The notes below the pieces were generated by a model that was given only the letters and a program-made list of their open reading frames with translations, did no database searches and was not told where the DNA came from. Positions 12,629-26,060 of a DNA stretch of 64,000 bases are shown here, piece by piece. Position 1 is the stretch's first letter. Each line of letters opens with the position of its first letter. Source of the DNA: Stylophora pistillata (taxonomy: Eukaryota); assembly GCF_002571385.2 (NCBI RefSeq), contig NW_019217912.1:505380-569379 (forward strand), in the 5' to 3' direction. Position numbers and translations under genes: made by a program.

Positions 12629-14991
12629 ATTCTTAGACGATTTTAACATTGACGTCGTGACTAGAACAAAATAAAAACCAGTTGCTTCTTTAAAACTAAT
12701 TATCCTATTTCTATGCACGATTGGTATGTTTTTTCCGTGCCTTTCAATCTATTTTCTTGTGTTACATTGTAAAATTGCGTCCTGAATATCGTAGTCTTGG
12801 TAGGTACTAAACTGAAAGCCGCGAAGTTTATTGAATTTATAGTGTTGCCGAATTGGTTTTCATTGAAAAAACATTTTTGTGCTGTCACTGAAATCCATAG
12901 ACCCCTTTCAGGTCTCAAGGGAATTCCAGCTCTATATTTTGTACATCTGCGTGTGTATAAGGGAAGTTCTTTAGAGTATTATCACATGACCTGAATGGGT
13001 AAACAAATTAATGCAAATTACAGTAAATCACAGTAAATCATTTATTAAATATTATGAGACACTTGTTTTAAATTCCTCCGTCTCGCTTTTTTATCACTTC
13101 TTTCCATGGACGTTTTATCTCTTTAAATCGCCGAATAAAAGGATCAGTTATCGAATTAATTTGGTAACACGTTCAAAACAAATTGTTTAGTACGATTCGA
13201 TTTGCTTTTAGCGACTATTTGCCACAGCACAGAAACCTTAATCTGTAATCTGTCACCTGTCACCTGTCACCTTGGTCAGATTTCGGTATCTTGGTATTAC
13301 ATCGTGTTGTCAAGCAAAATTTTCGCTAAAAATTAAGTGTCGTTTAATTATCATGGAAATATTATATACAATTTTAAGGTGAAACGAAAAGCTTGCGAAA
13401 CTTATAACATTCTATGAAGATTATTATTATTATCTAAAATATGGACTGAGAAAAACACGGTTGTTGGTTGCTTGAAAGATTTATACAGACGAAACAAGCG
13501 ATAGGAAACATAAGAATTGAATTGTAGTTGAATCACCATTCATTCACTCATTATTATTCACATTCGGCATGATGGATCTCGGGAATTGCCAGCGAACGTT
13601 TAGATTTTTTGCTTGTTTGCTTGTTGTCCTTGCATGCAAAATGATGACCTGTTCACTCAGATATAAAGAACTCAATACCTTAACGCAAGTAGAAAAGGTG
13701 AGAATTTGATTCACGAGAACATTCAACGGCTTCCATATTGAATTTATCGATAAATCCAGGTTGTTCACGTTTACATGTACGGAGCAATTCAAGACTGTAC
13801 AATTTAAATACTGATTTGTTCTTATTTTACATCGCGTAATAGTTTTAACATTTGGGTTTGTAATACCAATCCACACTTAATTATTACGGCTTGATCAATT
13901 GTTAATAGATTGTTTCTTTTCATTTTCTTGCAGATCGACTGAAATACGAACGTAAAAGACAAGGTTCATTCAGAAGTCTAAAGCATATCTAGCGCATTTC
14001 TCTCAAGTATAGAGGTTTTGCATGGCAGCCATGTTGCATTGCAGGAACAATGAAAATATTTCAAACCAAGAGACGTCTATACACTAAAATCAACAACTTT
14101 AAGGCAAATGTTAGTTCACAATTTTGTTGGACTTTGAAAAATTTTTGTCGGCCTAATACTCATGGCATGCTCTGTTTAAACCCAAAATTTTCCCACGGAA
14201 AAACTTAGAAAAATACGGGTGCTTATACTACGCATGCGCCATTCTTTTATTTGAACTGCAAGTTACATCTGTTTAAATGTGGTGATTTTTCCCGCCAAAA
14301 GACGTGAAAAAATACGCATGCGCCAATATTTTTTTTTTCATGTTATCGTTTGCTATTAGTAAACAACAAAGTGTTCGATTTTCTCTGTTTATTGTCTTTC
14401 ATTTTTAATAAAGCATTTAATTAATTATTAAGTGATTTTCAATTGAACAATGAAAAGGGTGTCAAGAAAAAATTTTTCGTATATATACTAAGACTTTTGG
14501 CGGGAAAATTTGTACCAGTTTGCACAGAGTTTCCCCTGGCAACATTTTCGGCAAAAATTTTAACAGAGCATCCTTCAAAATTTCCCGCCAAAAAGTATAT
14601 GGACAGCATTTCGTGCAAAAAAGATGAAAGTAAACACCAATTTATCTTCTCCGATAAAAAAAATTACTCGACAAAGTTTTTCCCCTAACCGTTTTTGAAT
14701 TTCAATTGTTTGCACGAGATGATGTGTGGAAGTTCCCAACGAAAAAAAAATCACAGCAAGTTATAGCAAGTCCAATCGGAAGAGTTAAATTTGTAGTCAA
14801 ACTTTTGATTATTTACTACCTCACATTTTGCTTTTAGAATCAATTTCTTTTTAATTCTATAACTTGCCGCGATGTTTTTCCGAAGAAAATGATCTTTGCA
14901 GTAAATGGTTTGAACCCGGGGGTAACATGTGAAGGTGTAGTCTGATCGTCCGGGTGAGTGTAGTCCTGAGAAGGACTGTTGTCGGTGGCAG

Positions 14992-15036
14992 TGACTGACG
15001 TTTCGACAACCTGTGCGGAAGTCATCATCAGAGTCA
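14992..15036 (-). ncRNA. Minimal hammerhead ribozyme, inverted copy
   Basis: Exact reverse complement of 15539-15583. Confidence 0.8.
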
Positions 15037-15538
15037 AGTGAATGATTGTTGTCAGTAGAATGTTCTTATTCCAGTTCGTGTGAAATGATCGGTTGGTTTT
15101 GCCGTGATGTTATTGGCTGTAAGACTCAAGTGACGTAAGTCGTCACAGACGGGCGACGAGGAAAGGTGATGTCAGCAATCACATTGCTGAACACCATCGA
15201 CTTACCAACCACAACATTGACTGGGACTCTGCGCAATGCCTAACCTACAGCACTGACTATTTTCAACGACTGACTCTGGAAAGCTGGTTTACTAACTTAG
15301 AACAGACTCCCCTAAACAGATGTCAACAACTACCCGCCCCATACAAACGACTCATTCACGACATAAACATCACAAACGACCGAAAAAGAACAACCTAGCT
15401 TTACCGACAGACCGAAACAGACCAATCACGAACGACTTACGTCACTTGAGTCTTACAGCCAATAACATCACGGCAAAACCAACCGATCATTTCACACGAA
15501 CTGGAATAAGAACATTCTACTGACAACAATCATTCACT

Positions 15539-15583
15539 TGACTCTGATGATGACTTCCGCACAGGTTGTCGAAACGTCAGTCA
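15539..15583 (+). ncRNA. Minimal type I hammerhead ribozyme in the Penelope pLTR
   Basis: TGACT-CTGATGA-TGAC...GTC-GAAAC-GTC-AGTCA: stem I TGACT/AGTCA, core CUGAUGA and GAAA, GUC cleavage triplet, vestigial stem III. Confidence 0.8.
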
Positions 15584-16954
15584 CTGCCACCGACAACAGT
15601 CCTTCTCAGGACTACGCTCACCCGGACGATCAGACTACACCTTCACAAAACGATCTTTGGAGCCGAAAGTCTTCGAAAGTAACACAGGACAGGTCGATAA
15701 AGCACCGAAAAAAGATCAAAGGTGTTGAACTGAATTGGCAAGCCAATTTGAAAAATAAAATTGCATCATTGGTCGGAGCATACTCTTCATATTTGAATTT
15801 AGCTGCAGTGGTTCACACATTCTACAGTTAGGCTCCGCACATTTTAACGGCTTAATTCGCCCAGCAAAATGAAAAAAATATTGTTTCCGGTTTGGAGCAA
15901 ACTCTTAGAATTTGATTTTAGCCATGAAGGCTTGAACACTTAAACCAAATCAGAAGTAATTTCAGAAAGAAAATTTGTAAAAAACTGTCGATTTTAGCCA
16001 CAAGGGACAGATAGCAATGAGGCTCCACGTGTGTTACAATTGCAATGAATTCTTGCAGCAAATTGTTTGTTTTATTGTGATTAAAGACTGAATTTTTGCC
16101 AAGGTGCTTTCCAGTATTCCTGTGTTACACTGAGAGACTGCCGAGAAGATATTTATTCCACTTAAAATAAAGAGCAAATGAATTATCTACTTTACTATTT
16201 TAAAACCAAATGTCTGGCCTGAACAGCATCAGGTGATTTCTTTTTCGAGCGTGACTAGATTTAAAATGTAATTGGATTACTTGATAGTTCGTCTTGAAGA
16301 AACAACAGTATCTAAACAAGCAAAAAGTCAACCATACTGATAAAACACTTGAAAAGGTTCTAGCTCTTTTAGGCGAGAAAAAGTAAAACCGAGCCTTTGA
16401 TTTTGATACAACTGCTTTGCATTTTTAGTACGTACTTCGCCATGTTAAAATCAACGTGCTTTCTATGCAAATTTCAATCAATTGATATCAAAAAAAGAAA
16501 AAATACACGTACCTTACCAAAATTTCAAATCGCTATAAGGAAATAACAGTACAGTTTCTTCAATTTTCTTGTTCGTCCAATAATACTAAGAGACTATAAT
16601 ACTCCTTTATAACATCTAACATTGACAAGATTTACGAGTAACTTCGTATTTCGTATAGTCGAAACATCTGTTAATATTTAAGACCAAAATTCCTCAACTT
16701 CGTACTTCATTATGCATACAATTGATTAATAAAAAGAATTGCTGAAGCCTTTGGGAGCAATGTTTTGTTTGAAAAAGTGTGGTAACAGAAGCCTTCCCCT
16801 AACGTTTGCCATCGTTTTATGGGTCGCTTAATACTCAAAAGATTGGCCTTATTCGCGTAATTTTCGTGTTAACTATTTTTTTCAAATAGAAGTGAAGTAA
16901 TTTTTTATAGAATGTATTCTACTCGAAATGTCACAACCCTTATTTTTTTGGAGA

Positions 16955-18204
16955 ACTTATTCTGGTCGTTATTTCGATTTGATCGTGTCCGGAAGAAGCT
17001 CTTTGGCATTTCTATCGAATAAATTCCACACGAAACATGAAAACCTACATTTCTTCGTCATTTTTACTGGTCCGTATTTCGATTTGATTTGTGTATAGGA
17101 AAGGCTCTGCGGCACTTCTATCGATCGAATGATTCTAAAAAAAGGAAACTGAATTCTACATTCTTCAACGATCTATACTGGTCTACACAACGATATTTCT
17201 ACAGCTTTTCCATCGAATTCTACACGAAATATGGAAACCTATTGAGTTTTTCGGCGATTAACGCTGGTCTACATAAGGTAAATTTTGATTTGATCTGTCT
17301 CTAAAAACACCTCTACGGTATTTCTGTTGAATAAATTATTCTCAAAATTAGAAAACCTACATTCCTTCACCAATTTATTCTGGTCTACCATAAAAGTATA
17401 AAAAGATTCTTCGGAATTTCTATCGAATGAAAACAAATCGAAATAATTTTTTTCGACGATTTACTGGTATACATAACGATAAATTTCGATTGGATCCGTC
17501 TCTAAAAGCACCCCTACGGCATTTCTATAGAATAAATTATTCTCAAAATTAGAAAACCTATATTCCTTCACCCTTCACCAATTTATTCTGGTCTACCATA
17601 AAAGTAAATCTCAATTTGATCAGGTTCTGACAAACTCTACAAAGTTTCTAACGAATGAAAATCGTTATTTCTTCGTCAATTTCTACTGGTCGACCTAACA
17701 GTAAATTTCGATTCGATCTGTGTCTGGTAGAAGCCGCGCGGCATTTTTAAACAAATAAATTCTTCCTCCATTTCTTCTTCAATTTATACTGGTCTACGTA
17801 ACAGATTTCAATTTGTTCTGGGTCGAGGAATAGGTAATACAGCATTTCTATCGAATGAATTCTAGTCAAAATATGAAAACATACTAGAAAATTTTCCTAG
17901 GCAATTCTATTAAATGAGCTATAATTGAAATGTTAAAACGGTACCTTTTTTGGCTATTTACATACGGAAAATTTCAATTTGAGGAGTGTCTAAGGAAAAG
18001 TTCCACTCGAAATATTGAAACCTTCATTTCTTCTCCAATTTATATTATTCTACATAACGGTAAATTTCGATTTGATCTGTTTCTAGCAAAAGCTCCGCGG
18101 CATTTTCTACTGAGTGTTCAAACGAGGTCAAAATATGATTGTCTAAATGGCGGCAAATTTTGATTTAATCGGCTTCTAGAAAAAAGCTCTTGACCAGGCA
18201 TTTG
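16955..18204 (+). repeat. Degenerate tandem repeat, unit ~115-120 bp
   Basis: Recurring TTTA(T/C)-CTGGTCTAC...AATTTCGATTTGATCTG...GGCATTTCTATCGAAT...GAAAACCTACATT, about 9-10 units. Confidence 0.7.
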
Positions 18205-18205
18205 N

Positions 18206-19114
18206 AGTATTATCACATGACCTGAATGGGTAAACAAATTAATGCAAATTACAGTAAATCACAGTAAATCATTTATTAAATATTATGAGACACTTGTTTT
18301 AAATTCCTCCGTCTCGCTTTTTTATCACTTCTTTCCATGGACGTTTTATCTCTTTAAATCGCCGAATAAAAGGATCAGTTATCGAATTAATTTGGTAACA
18401 CGTTCAAAACAAATTGTTTAGTACGATTCGATTTGCTTTTAGCGACTATTTGCCACAGCACAGAAACCTTAATCTGTAATCTGTCACCTGTCACCTGTCA
18501 CCTTGGTCAGATTTCGGTATCTTGGTATTACATCGTGTTGTCAAGCAAAATTTTCGCTAAAAATTAAGTGTCGTTTAATTATCATGGAAATATTATATAC
18601 AATTTTAAGGTGAAACGAAAAGCTTGCGAAACTTATAACATTCTATGAAGATTATTATTATTATCTAAAATATGGACTGAGAAAAACACGGTTGTTGGTT
18701 GCTTGAAAGATTTATACAGAATTTGTTCTGGGTCAAGGAATAGGTAATACAGCATTTCTATCGAATGAATTCCAGTCAAAATATGAAAACATACTAGAAA
18801 ATTTTCTAAGGCAATTCTATTAAATGAGCTATAATTGAAATGTTAAAACGGTACCTTTTTTGGCTATTTACATAAGGAAAATTTCAATTTGAGGAGTGTC
18901 TAAGGAAAAGTTCCACTCGAAATATTGAAACCTTCATTTCTTCTCCAATTTATATTATTCTACATAACGGTAAATTTCGATTTGATCTGTTTCTAGCAAA
19001 AGCTCCGCGGCATTTTCTACTGAGTGTTCAAACGAGGTCAAAATATGGTTGTCTAAATGGCGGCAAATTTTGATTTAATCGGATTCTAGAAAAAAGCTCT
19101 TGACCAGGCATTTG
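18206..19114 (+). other. Re-assembled overlap after a single-N join (probable second haplotype)
   Basis: 18206-18720 is identical by eye to 12975-13489. 18721-19114 matches 17811-18204 with ~7 substitutions. Begins immediately after the N at 18205. Confidence 0.85.
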
Positions 19115-19193
19115 AGTTATAAATGTAACTTCTACATAAAGACTAACCTCCGTTGATAACACAAAGTAGTGGATATCAGTTTTAAGATGGCAC

Positions 19194-19897
19194 TGTAGCG
19201 TTTTTTTTTTTCATGCATGACGAACAAATGCTTCTTCTTCGAACGAGTGCAACTTTGAAGAAATAAATTTGGAAAGAGTACCATTTAACCCCATACATTA
19301 AATATGCATTCCACTTCTTTGTCTTTCACGATAAAACTTTAAAAACAAAGTCTTCTAGTCTGAATGCATAATTAATGTATGGGGTTATAATTATGGTACT
19401 TTTGCCATAGATTTAATTTCAGTTCAAATCGAGAATGAATTTTCAGTTGGATAGTATGTTTTGAGCTAACGTTTTCTGTAAGTAGAATTTTGTAGTTCTA
19501 CTGTAATCGTCTGCGTGAGTTTGAACCCTAAAAGGCCTGTTATTGAAATTAGTTGATTGGCCTGAGCGTATAGAGTCGTTTTGCAGTAAGGTGAATGGCT
19601 GTCAGACTAAATTGGATTTCGCCAGTAGATCAGTTGGTAAGGTTAGTTGATTCTGTTCTGTTAGGTCTGTCCAAAGCGGTCTTGTCTTAATTTGTCGCCA
19701 AGGTTTTCAAAGTCAGTTGGTTATAGTACTGTACGTAGGTGGAACATTGAGCACTTTACCAGTCAGTAGTGTGGTCTGAATATTGGTGCTGTTCACAAAT
19801 TTAAATTTTGAAAAGAATAAAACAGGAATTTTATTCAGTCTTTGTCCGAGGTCTTTTGTTAGAGTGCCACCTTAACTAATATCACCTTATTGCGACA
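19194..19897 (+). mobile_element. Putative solo LTR
   Basis: TGTAGC...GCGACA termini (TG..CA, 5/6 inverted), AATAAA near 19817, imperfect 4-bp flanks GCAC/TCAC. Confidence 0.4.
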
Positions 19898-22800
19898 TCA
19901 CCTGGGGTACAAGTGTGTTGCAAACTGTTTCAGCAAACATTATAAGGAGCGACTTAGACTTCGAAATAAACGATTTTAGTTGTAGCTTTCTGTGGCCAGG
20001 TTCAAATCAATTTCCAGATATTACTTTGATTATTTCTATGGAATGAACTCGTACGAGATAAACTGCACCGAATTACAACTTTTAGTTCGAATATATCATG
20101 CGGTCGCACAAGGCTTGCTTAACACTGAATTCGCATCATAACAAACTATTTCAAAAATGGTGGCTAACTGAGAACTATTCGCTTACCAGGAATCCAGTTG
20201 AGCCCACTCCAAGATTCTTCAGGAAAGAATTATGACCTCGTACTATAATAAGGCCTAAAGAGAGCCACATTTTTGCTATTGTTACTCGATGAATTCAAAA
20301 TTCTTATCTCTGCAGTATCCACAAACAATTCAGTCATTCCAGTTTATCCTCTTGACCAGAATCTTTGTCCCTCAACCCTTCTGACAACTTTGCTTCTTCT
20401 GAAAATAGAAATTATGAATGTGATTAGGGAATGCTTATACTGTCTCAGAACGAAGATGCACTATCTTTTCACCTTAAAAATTTAAGTTTTACATAATTTC
20501 TTCGCACTAGAGCCCAATCGTAGAAGAAAGGTAAGACACCAAAACGTTACGAAATATAAAAGTTCAGTAAAGCAAAGGGCAACGACTTATTGAATAAGAT
20601 TCGTCACATTTCACGTGAAAAGCTAAGAAAACAGCTAGGTGGACAGTTACGAAAACTCCTCTTGTTTCCTCATGTAGTTTTTCGTCTCCGGCATGAAGAA
20701 ATATATCCTCACAAGACAACCTTTCTTAGAGATGAGAATTAAATTTTTTTTCGCGTCCTAACCGCTTTTTTTAAATACAAAACATTCACACTCGCTATGA
20801 ATAATAATTTTTAGCGCAATCTATAGCTAATTACATATGAATAAAAGAGTGGTGCGTACTGCGAATAACGATCTAAACAATTATGGACTAATTGCGATAT
20901 GCAATGGGATATTGCAACACTTCCTTAAATTCTTTATTCAAGGATTTACAAGAAGATAGCCCTGAATTTCTCTTAGAAGATGTAGAATCATAGGTTCTGC
21001 TTTTCTCGAACCTAACACCTTGATTCAAACAAGCTTCGTGTTGGAGAGGCCCTCCGACAAAGCAACCGACTCGCGTTTTGTCATTTAATCGAGACATTAC
21101 GATAAGTTTAGCTCTCTGAAGAAATTTAAAACAATATTTTCTCGGAGAAATACTCACCTCGTTTTTTTATTAACACCAGCCTGAGACTGGCTCCTGTTAC
21201 TTTTCTGTAATGGTCGAACGTCTTCTTTCCAGAGCGCAACGTTATTTTCAGTACTTCAGAAGGTACGTCTTCACTCTTGGACAGGCAATGTGGTTTGCTG
21301 CAAATTCACAATTCCTAATGAATATGGATTAGCAGTTGCAGCCAATAATTGACTGATACGTCACTGGTGCGTGGTTTGCACACTTAGGAGCCAGTAGAGA
21401 ATCAAGGGGAAAGATAAACATTGTGTGAGATGAATAGGCATGTGAGAAGATAGAAATAATTAGCGTTAACTGCACTGCGACAAGAAAAAATCAAATTGGA
21501 AAATCTTTCAAAAAATTCATTTGAAGCGTTGTGAGGCTCAAAGTCTTAGAGCTTAATTCGCACGATATCTTTATAACCCCATAATTCATTATTCATTTCC
21601 TTTATTATTGTTTTTTTTTCAATCAAAGAAAGATCGCAAAATGATAGTTTATCTTTGGAAATGATGCTTTATTTTTCCAACACTTATTTTATCAAAAGAA
21701 TTTAATAAAATAAGAGTCGCAAATTCTAATGAAATAAAAGGAAACAAAGCCTTATGTTTTCGTGGCTTTTATGAATGAAGTAATGTAGGGTAGAGTTCTA
21801 AAGGGTGAGGGAAGGTATGGAGTGTGCGGGGTATCATCGCTCGACATTCTACTCTTAGTGTTCTTTCTTTCATGTCGACGAATCCTGGGGAAACCTGGAA
21901 AATCTGAAAATCTGTGGACGTTATTACGCGAAATTCAAAAAATTAAAAAGTGATAATAGACTGATGATTGATTGAGACTTTATGCCCATACTGACATCTA
22001 ATTTCTCCCTGCAATATCATCCCTGAATCACACATTCAGGTCACAAGAATAACCGGGAAATGATCTCCAACAAACGGATTCAAAGCTCTTGATTGTTGAA
22101 CAAATTCTCCTTGTCAGCAGCTTAGGAAATGTATGAATAACAGTATTGAGAATGTACATATTGAGGGTGAGATGTAAAGGGTTGATGCCAAGCGAAAGTT
22201 TTCGATTATGACTAAACAGAACACCGGATGTATCATATCTTGGCTCGTGGAAACGTTTTCCAGTTTTACAAATAGCTCTCATCTGGAGGATTGCACTTGT
22301 TTTAGCCTTGGTGGTATTTTAGCTGATGATGTGTATCAGGTGTACATCAGTAACGAAATCTGAACCATTCAGTATCAAAACACTCGGGCTCATACCTCAA
22401 GGTGAATATCCACTCCCTTCTATAGTCAGTGAAATTGAATTAAAATAGTGAAAACGTAGCCTGAATCTAATGCGCTTCCTCCTCAACACCATCAATAACA
22501 GAAGCTTTTGGGGAAGAATCCATAGTTTTTTCGTTTCAATCCATTTGATACCAGCCTCATGAGTTTTGGATATCTATGAATGTCTAGGTTTTAGAAGACA
22601 GAAAGATGATATTTTGGTAAGACATTGTTTGCTCCTCGCAAGATAATATATTTATTGCGGTAAAGTTAAGAACATCTTTCCATCTATCAGAGAATATTCG
22701 CAACAGCTGAAATATGATTTAGAAGTGGCAAAAAATACTTTATACACTTTAATTGCTCTATAGTATGGCTATACCCCGATCTTATGCCTCTGAAATTCCA

Positions 22801-23709
22801 AGTTTACTCAACTCTGCACTTTTGAATCCCTCTCCAGCAATTACTTTTGTCTATCCCACTCACGTTTTAGCCTTTTATGATTGTTAATATGTTATGAATA
22901 AATTCTCTTTTTTGTTCCTTTTGGAAAATAATGTTTCTTCTATGTGTATGTGTTTTCAACAGTATCACTTTGTAAGTAGCGTAAGTACCAATAGATATAA
23001 GTATTGTAATGCAATCTAGGCTGTATGTAGAGAACTTCTGTGTAAGTATCTTTAATGTAGTTAATGTAAGTATTGTAAGTAGTGTACTTTGGTTATAGTA
23101 AAAATTGAAGAAAAAAAATCAACGAAAGAAGCGGGTATTTTGATTTTTTTTATTCATTTTTCCGTTTACCTCACAATAATCATATTTAAACCTCAGTTAA
23201 AAACACATACGAGGGACTTAGTGAATTTTTTGCTATCGGAGAAACATTTATAAATATTTTCAGTATAAGAACATGAAGAAAAAAAACCTAGTATTTTCAA
23301 AACAAAACTTCCTCGTATAGCTTTAAAAGTGAACCAAATGATCTCCTAAGTTCAATGAATTTCCCCGACGAGAAACTAAAGTTATCAATATCATTACTTC
23401 CAATATAAATGCCAAAGTCAACACTTTATTAAAAGTTCTCTTGTTTTTGACAATATTATTCAATTCGACCAGACGTCGCACGCGCAGCACGCTGTTTAGT
23501 TATGCCAAAGAAACGCCCCACGAAGAATGGCTGATAAATCTGCCAGGAAATCTACATGAAAGACTCAGTCTCTGAACTTGATTTGTTGCTCTTCACCAGT
23601 ACAAAACAAACCTGTTTACCACAGGATATCAGTGGCAAGATTTAACAGCTGTTTAAATTTAGCGTCAACTCATAGAAAATCAATAGATAGCGGAACTATG
23701 CAACTCGAC

Positions 23710-24479
23710 GCTGTTTTCCAATGATAAAACCCAGGCACATTTGGAAGGAAGCTTGTTGTTAGTTATAGAAGGGAAATTAACTATCATGCCAACCTTTTCG
23801 CTGGCGGGTGCCCAACAAATTTTCCACCATAACCCAACATTGTTACTTTAGTGTATTCAGTAAAAACTGATGCTTTGAGGGTCAGCTCATCTGTAGGATC
23901 CGAGACCAAGTAGAGGACAATTGCACACACGGTCCCATGTTTGGACGTATATCTAGCGATAACGAAAAAAAAAAAAAGTCATTCAACTTGATATTTTAAA
24001 CGAGAACTTTAATGGGCACGAAAAAATTTTAAAAGACACAACTTGTACCATCTTCAGTTTAGCGAAAATTAACATATAATAAACCGTATGACCAAAAAAA
24101 AGCTAACATTTTTATAAAACCCAAGTTGGCACACATCAAGCCGACAAAAAAAAAAAGACTTCAAACGGTTGTCTTCGAAACTCTAAGTGTGCTTCTAAAA
24201 AGAACACGGAAGTATTAGAGCGTAAGACCAGAAGCGTACTCGAACATTACAACTGACGAGTGTTTCTTTATTTCTCAGCGGCGTCGCTCACCTTTAGTTT
24301 AAGCCTACCAAACATCCATGTCAACTGTGTTCTTCTGAGCTCTCCAAGTTTGCTGCTTTAAAAAGCTTCCCCATTTACAGACAGCCAATTCTCCCATCTG
24401 AAGCAATCTCTCCTCAATAGCCGGTATATTGCGATTGTCTGCCGTTGGGCCAACATTCAACAACATGTTCACTCCACAG
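23710..24479 (-). pseudogene. FUCA: Alpha-L-fucosidase (GH29) pseudogene, last two exons (24479-24309 and 23952-~23710)
   Basis: SCGVNMLLNVGPTAD...IEERLLQMGE(WLSVNGEA)...WRAQKNTVDMDVW|GT, then AG|YTSKHGTVCAIVL...VTMLGYGG...GMIVNFPSITNNKLPSKCAWVLSLEN. Matches the FUCA1/2 C-terminus; frameshifts and stops present, intron retained. Confidence 0.85.
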
Positions 24480-26060
24480 CTGAAGCGAAAGGATGAGAGA
24501 AGATTAACATCCTGATTAGAGTCAACATGTTGCAAATTTTAAGGGAGCGATTTCCTACTATGACCAGAAAAAAGAACTTAGTTGTTGAGTATCCATCTAT
24601 GTCCACACTTAGGGAAAATCACAAAACTTTGCCTTTCCTGAATCAAACGATAAATTACCGACGGTTAAACTACACGATATGTTTCATTACGATCACTATT
24701 GTCAGTATCCTCCTGTTCACCCCAAAAAAAGCCGCCCTAAGTGTCCTGCTGTTATAAAGCACTAAAAATCCTAAAGGATGAGTTCTTGCTGTCAATAATT
24801 ATTTGACTTTGAGATTCAGCGGAAGAAATTTAGTGTTCTCAGAGCAAAATATAAAATTTATAGGGTTGGTACCTGTTACTCAGTCTCTGACAGATGCTAA
24901 TATCTTTTGTTTTGCATTTATCGCGCCTCAACTTTACTTTTACCATCATAATGAATCCAATTAAAAAGCAATTTTTGGACAATTTGTTTTATGACTTTGT
25001 CCTGCCGATTTGTGAAGAAGCATGTCAGTATGTTGGTGTACCCGTAATCCCATGAAGTTAACTTAATCGTCTTTTGAAAATAAGAAAAAGGTTTGCTTTG
25101 AAAACAAATCAGATTACCTGCTTCTTTTCTCTTCATAAGATTGTCACTACAAAGCGTTTTCTATCCTCATTGTCGATTAGTGTTGTGATTCTAGGTTCGT
25201 TTTTCTAGCTTTTTTCGTTGAAATAATAAAAGCTACCTGAGGTTACCTGTAAACACTGTAAGAAAACTTCGCTTCAGTAGTCACGACTACTGCAGGAAGA
25301 ATCGTCAAAACATGAAAATTGGTTGTTTAGTCTGCAATTGTTTGGACGTAATGAGCCGTGTGAAGAATCTACTGATGTTTTGAAAGCGACTTTGTCTGGC
25401 TAAAGTTGTGCAAACAGTAGCATCTCACGCCAAATTTCTTCCTTTTATTTTTTTTACCAATGTATTTAAACGAACCTAGAAGGAAAGGTTTAAGGTGACC
25501 TTCAGATAATTTCGGGTTCATTGCAGGAAAGCTGCTGCCTTAAAACCTGTCACTATAACTTTGGTTAAATTATACTACGCATAAAACAAGGAAAATATGT
25601 CCAAGACGATAAAATCAGGAAAGGAAAGTATCGGTCCATATATTCAGTGTACTGGATGCCAAAAATAAAAAAGATTTAACACTGTAATTACATGGTAGTC
25701 ACAATGATTAAAACTACGCGTGAAAAATTTATTGAACTTTTATTTGTTCACTGATTAGCGTGACCACCATCCTTCCAGTTAGAAGAAGACTTTCGTAAGT
25801 ATACCTGCTGTTTGAGAAACAAACGCTGGTGGTTCTATTCAATTATGTGACACTGTCATAAACTCCTATTCTTCCGTGAAAAACTAATTGCCACGTGCGA
25901 TGAGATGATAAAAGATTAAATCATGGCAAGAATTCCCTCGGAGTGAAGTAATCTCCGTTTGACCACTAAGACCATCGACAGATCACTTGTGTTTTGGTTT
26001 ATTGTTCTTAAACAGAATCTAGAGGGGCCGTATTTGTTTACAAGTTTACTTTTCCCCGAC

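Larger units (their letters stand above)
14899..15647 (+). mobile_element. Truncated Penelope-like element: GIY-YIG C-terminus between inverted pLTRs
   Basis: 216-bp near-perfect inverted repeats at 14928-15143 and 15432-15647. The middle translates HRRATRKGDVSNHIAEHHRLTNHNIDWDSAQCL...RLTLESWFTNLEQTPLNRCQQLPAPYKRLI. 12-bp TSD AAA(T/C)GATCTTTG at 14887-14898 and 15648-15659. Confidence 0.9.

Noticed and set aside
14063-16900. Large host element around the Penelope insertion with TTTCCCGCCAAAA (E2F-like) motifs
   Set aside because: Probably repeat-derived, but ends and class could not be defined.
16955-18204. CRISPR-like repeat-spacer array
   Set aside because: Eukaryotic context; units are homologous along their whole length and there are no cas genes.
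24918-25136. TIKLTSWDY...VIKQIVQ as a further fucosidase exon
   Set aside because: Similarity too weak and no matching splice sites.
25959-26060. TTG-initiated N-terminal extension in the ORF track
   Set aside because: Spans a splice acceptor at 26015; ATG 26061 gives a clean signal peptide.
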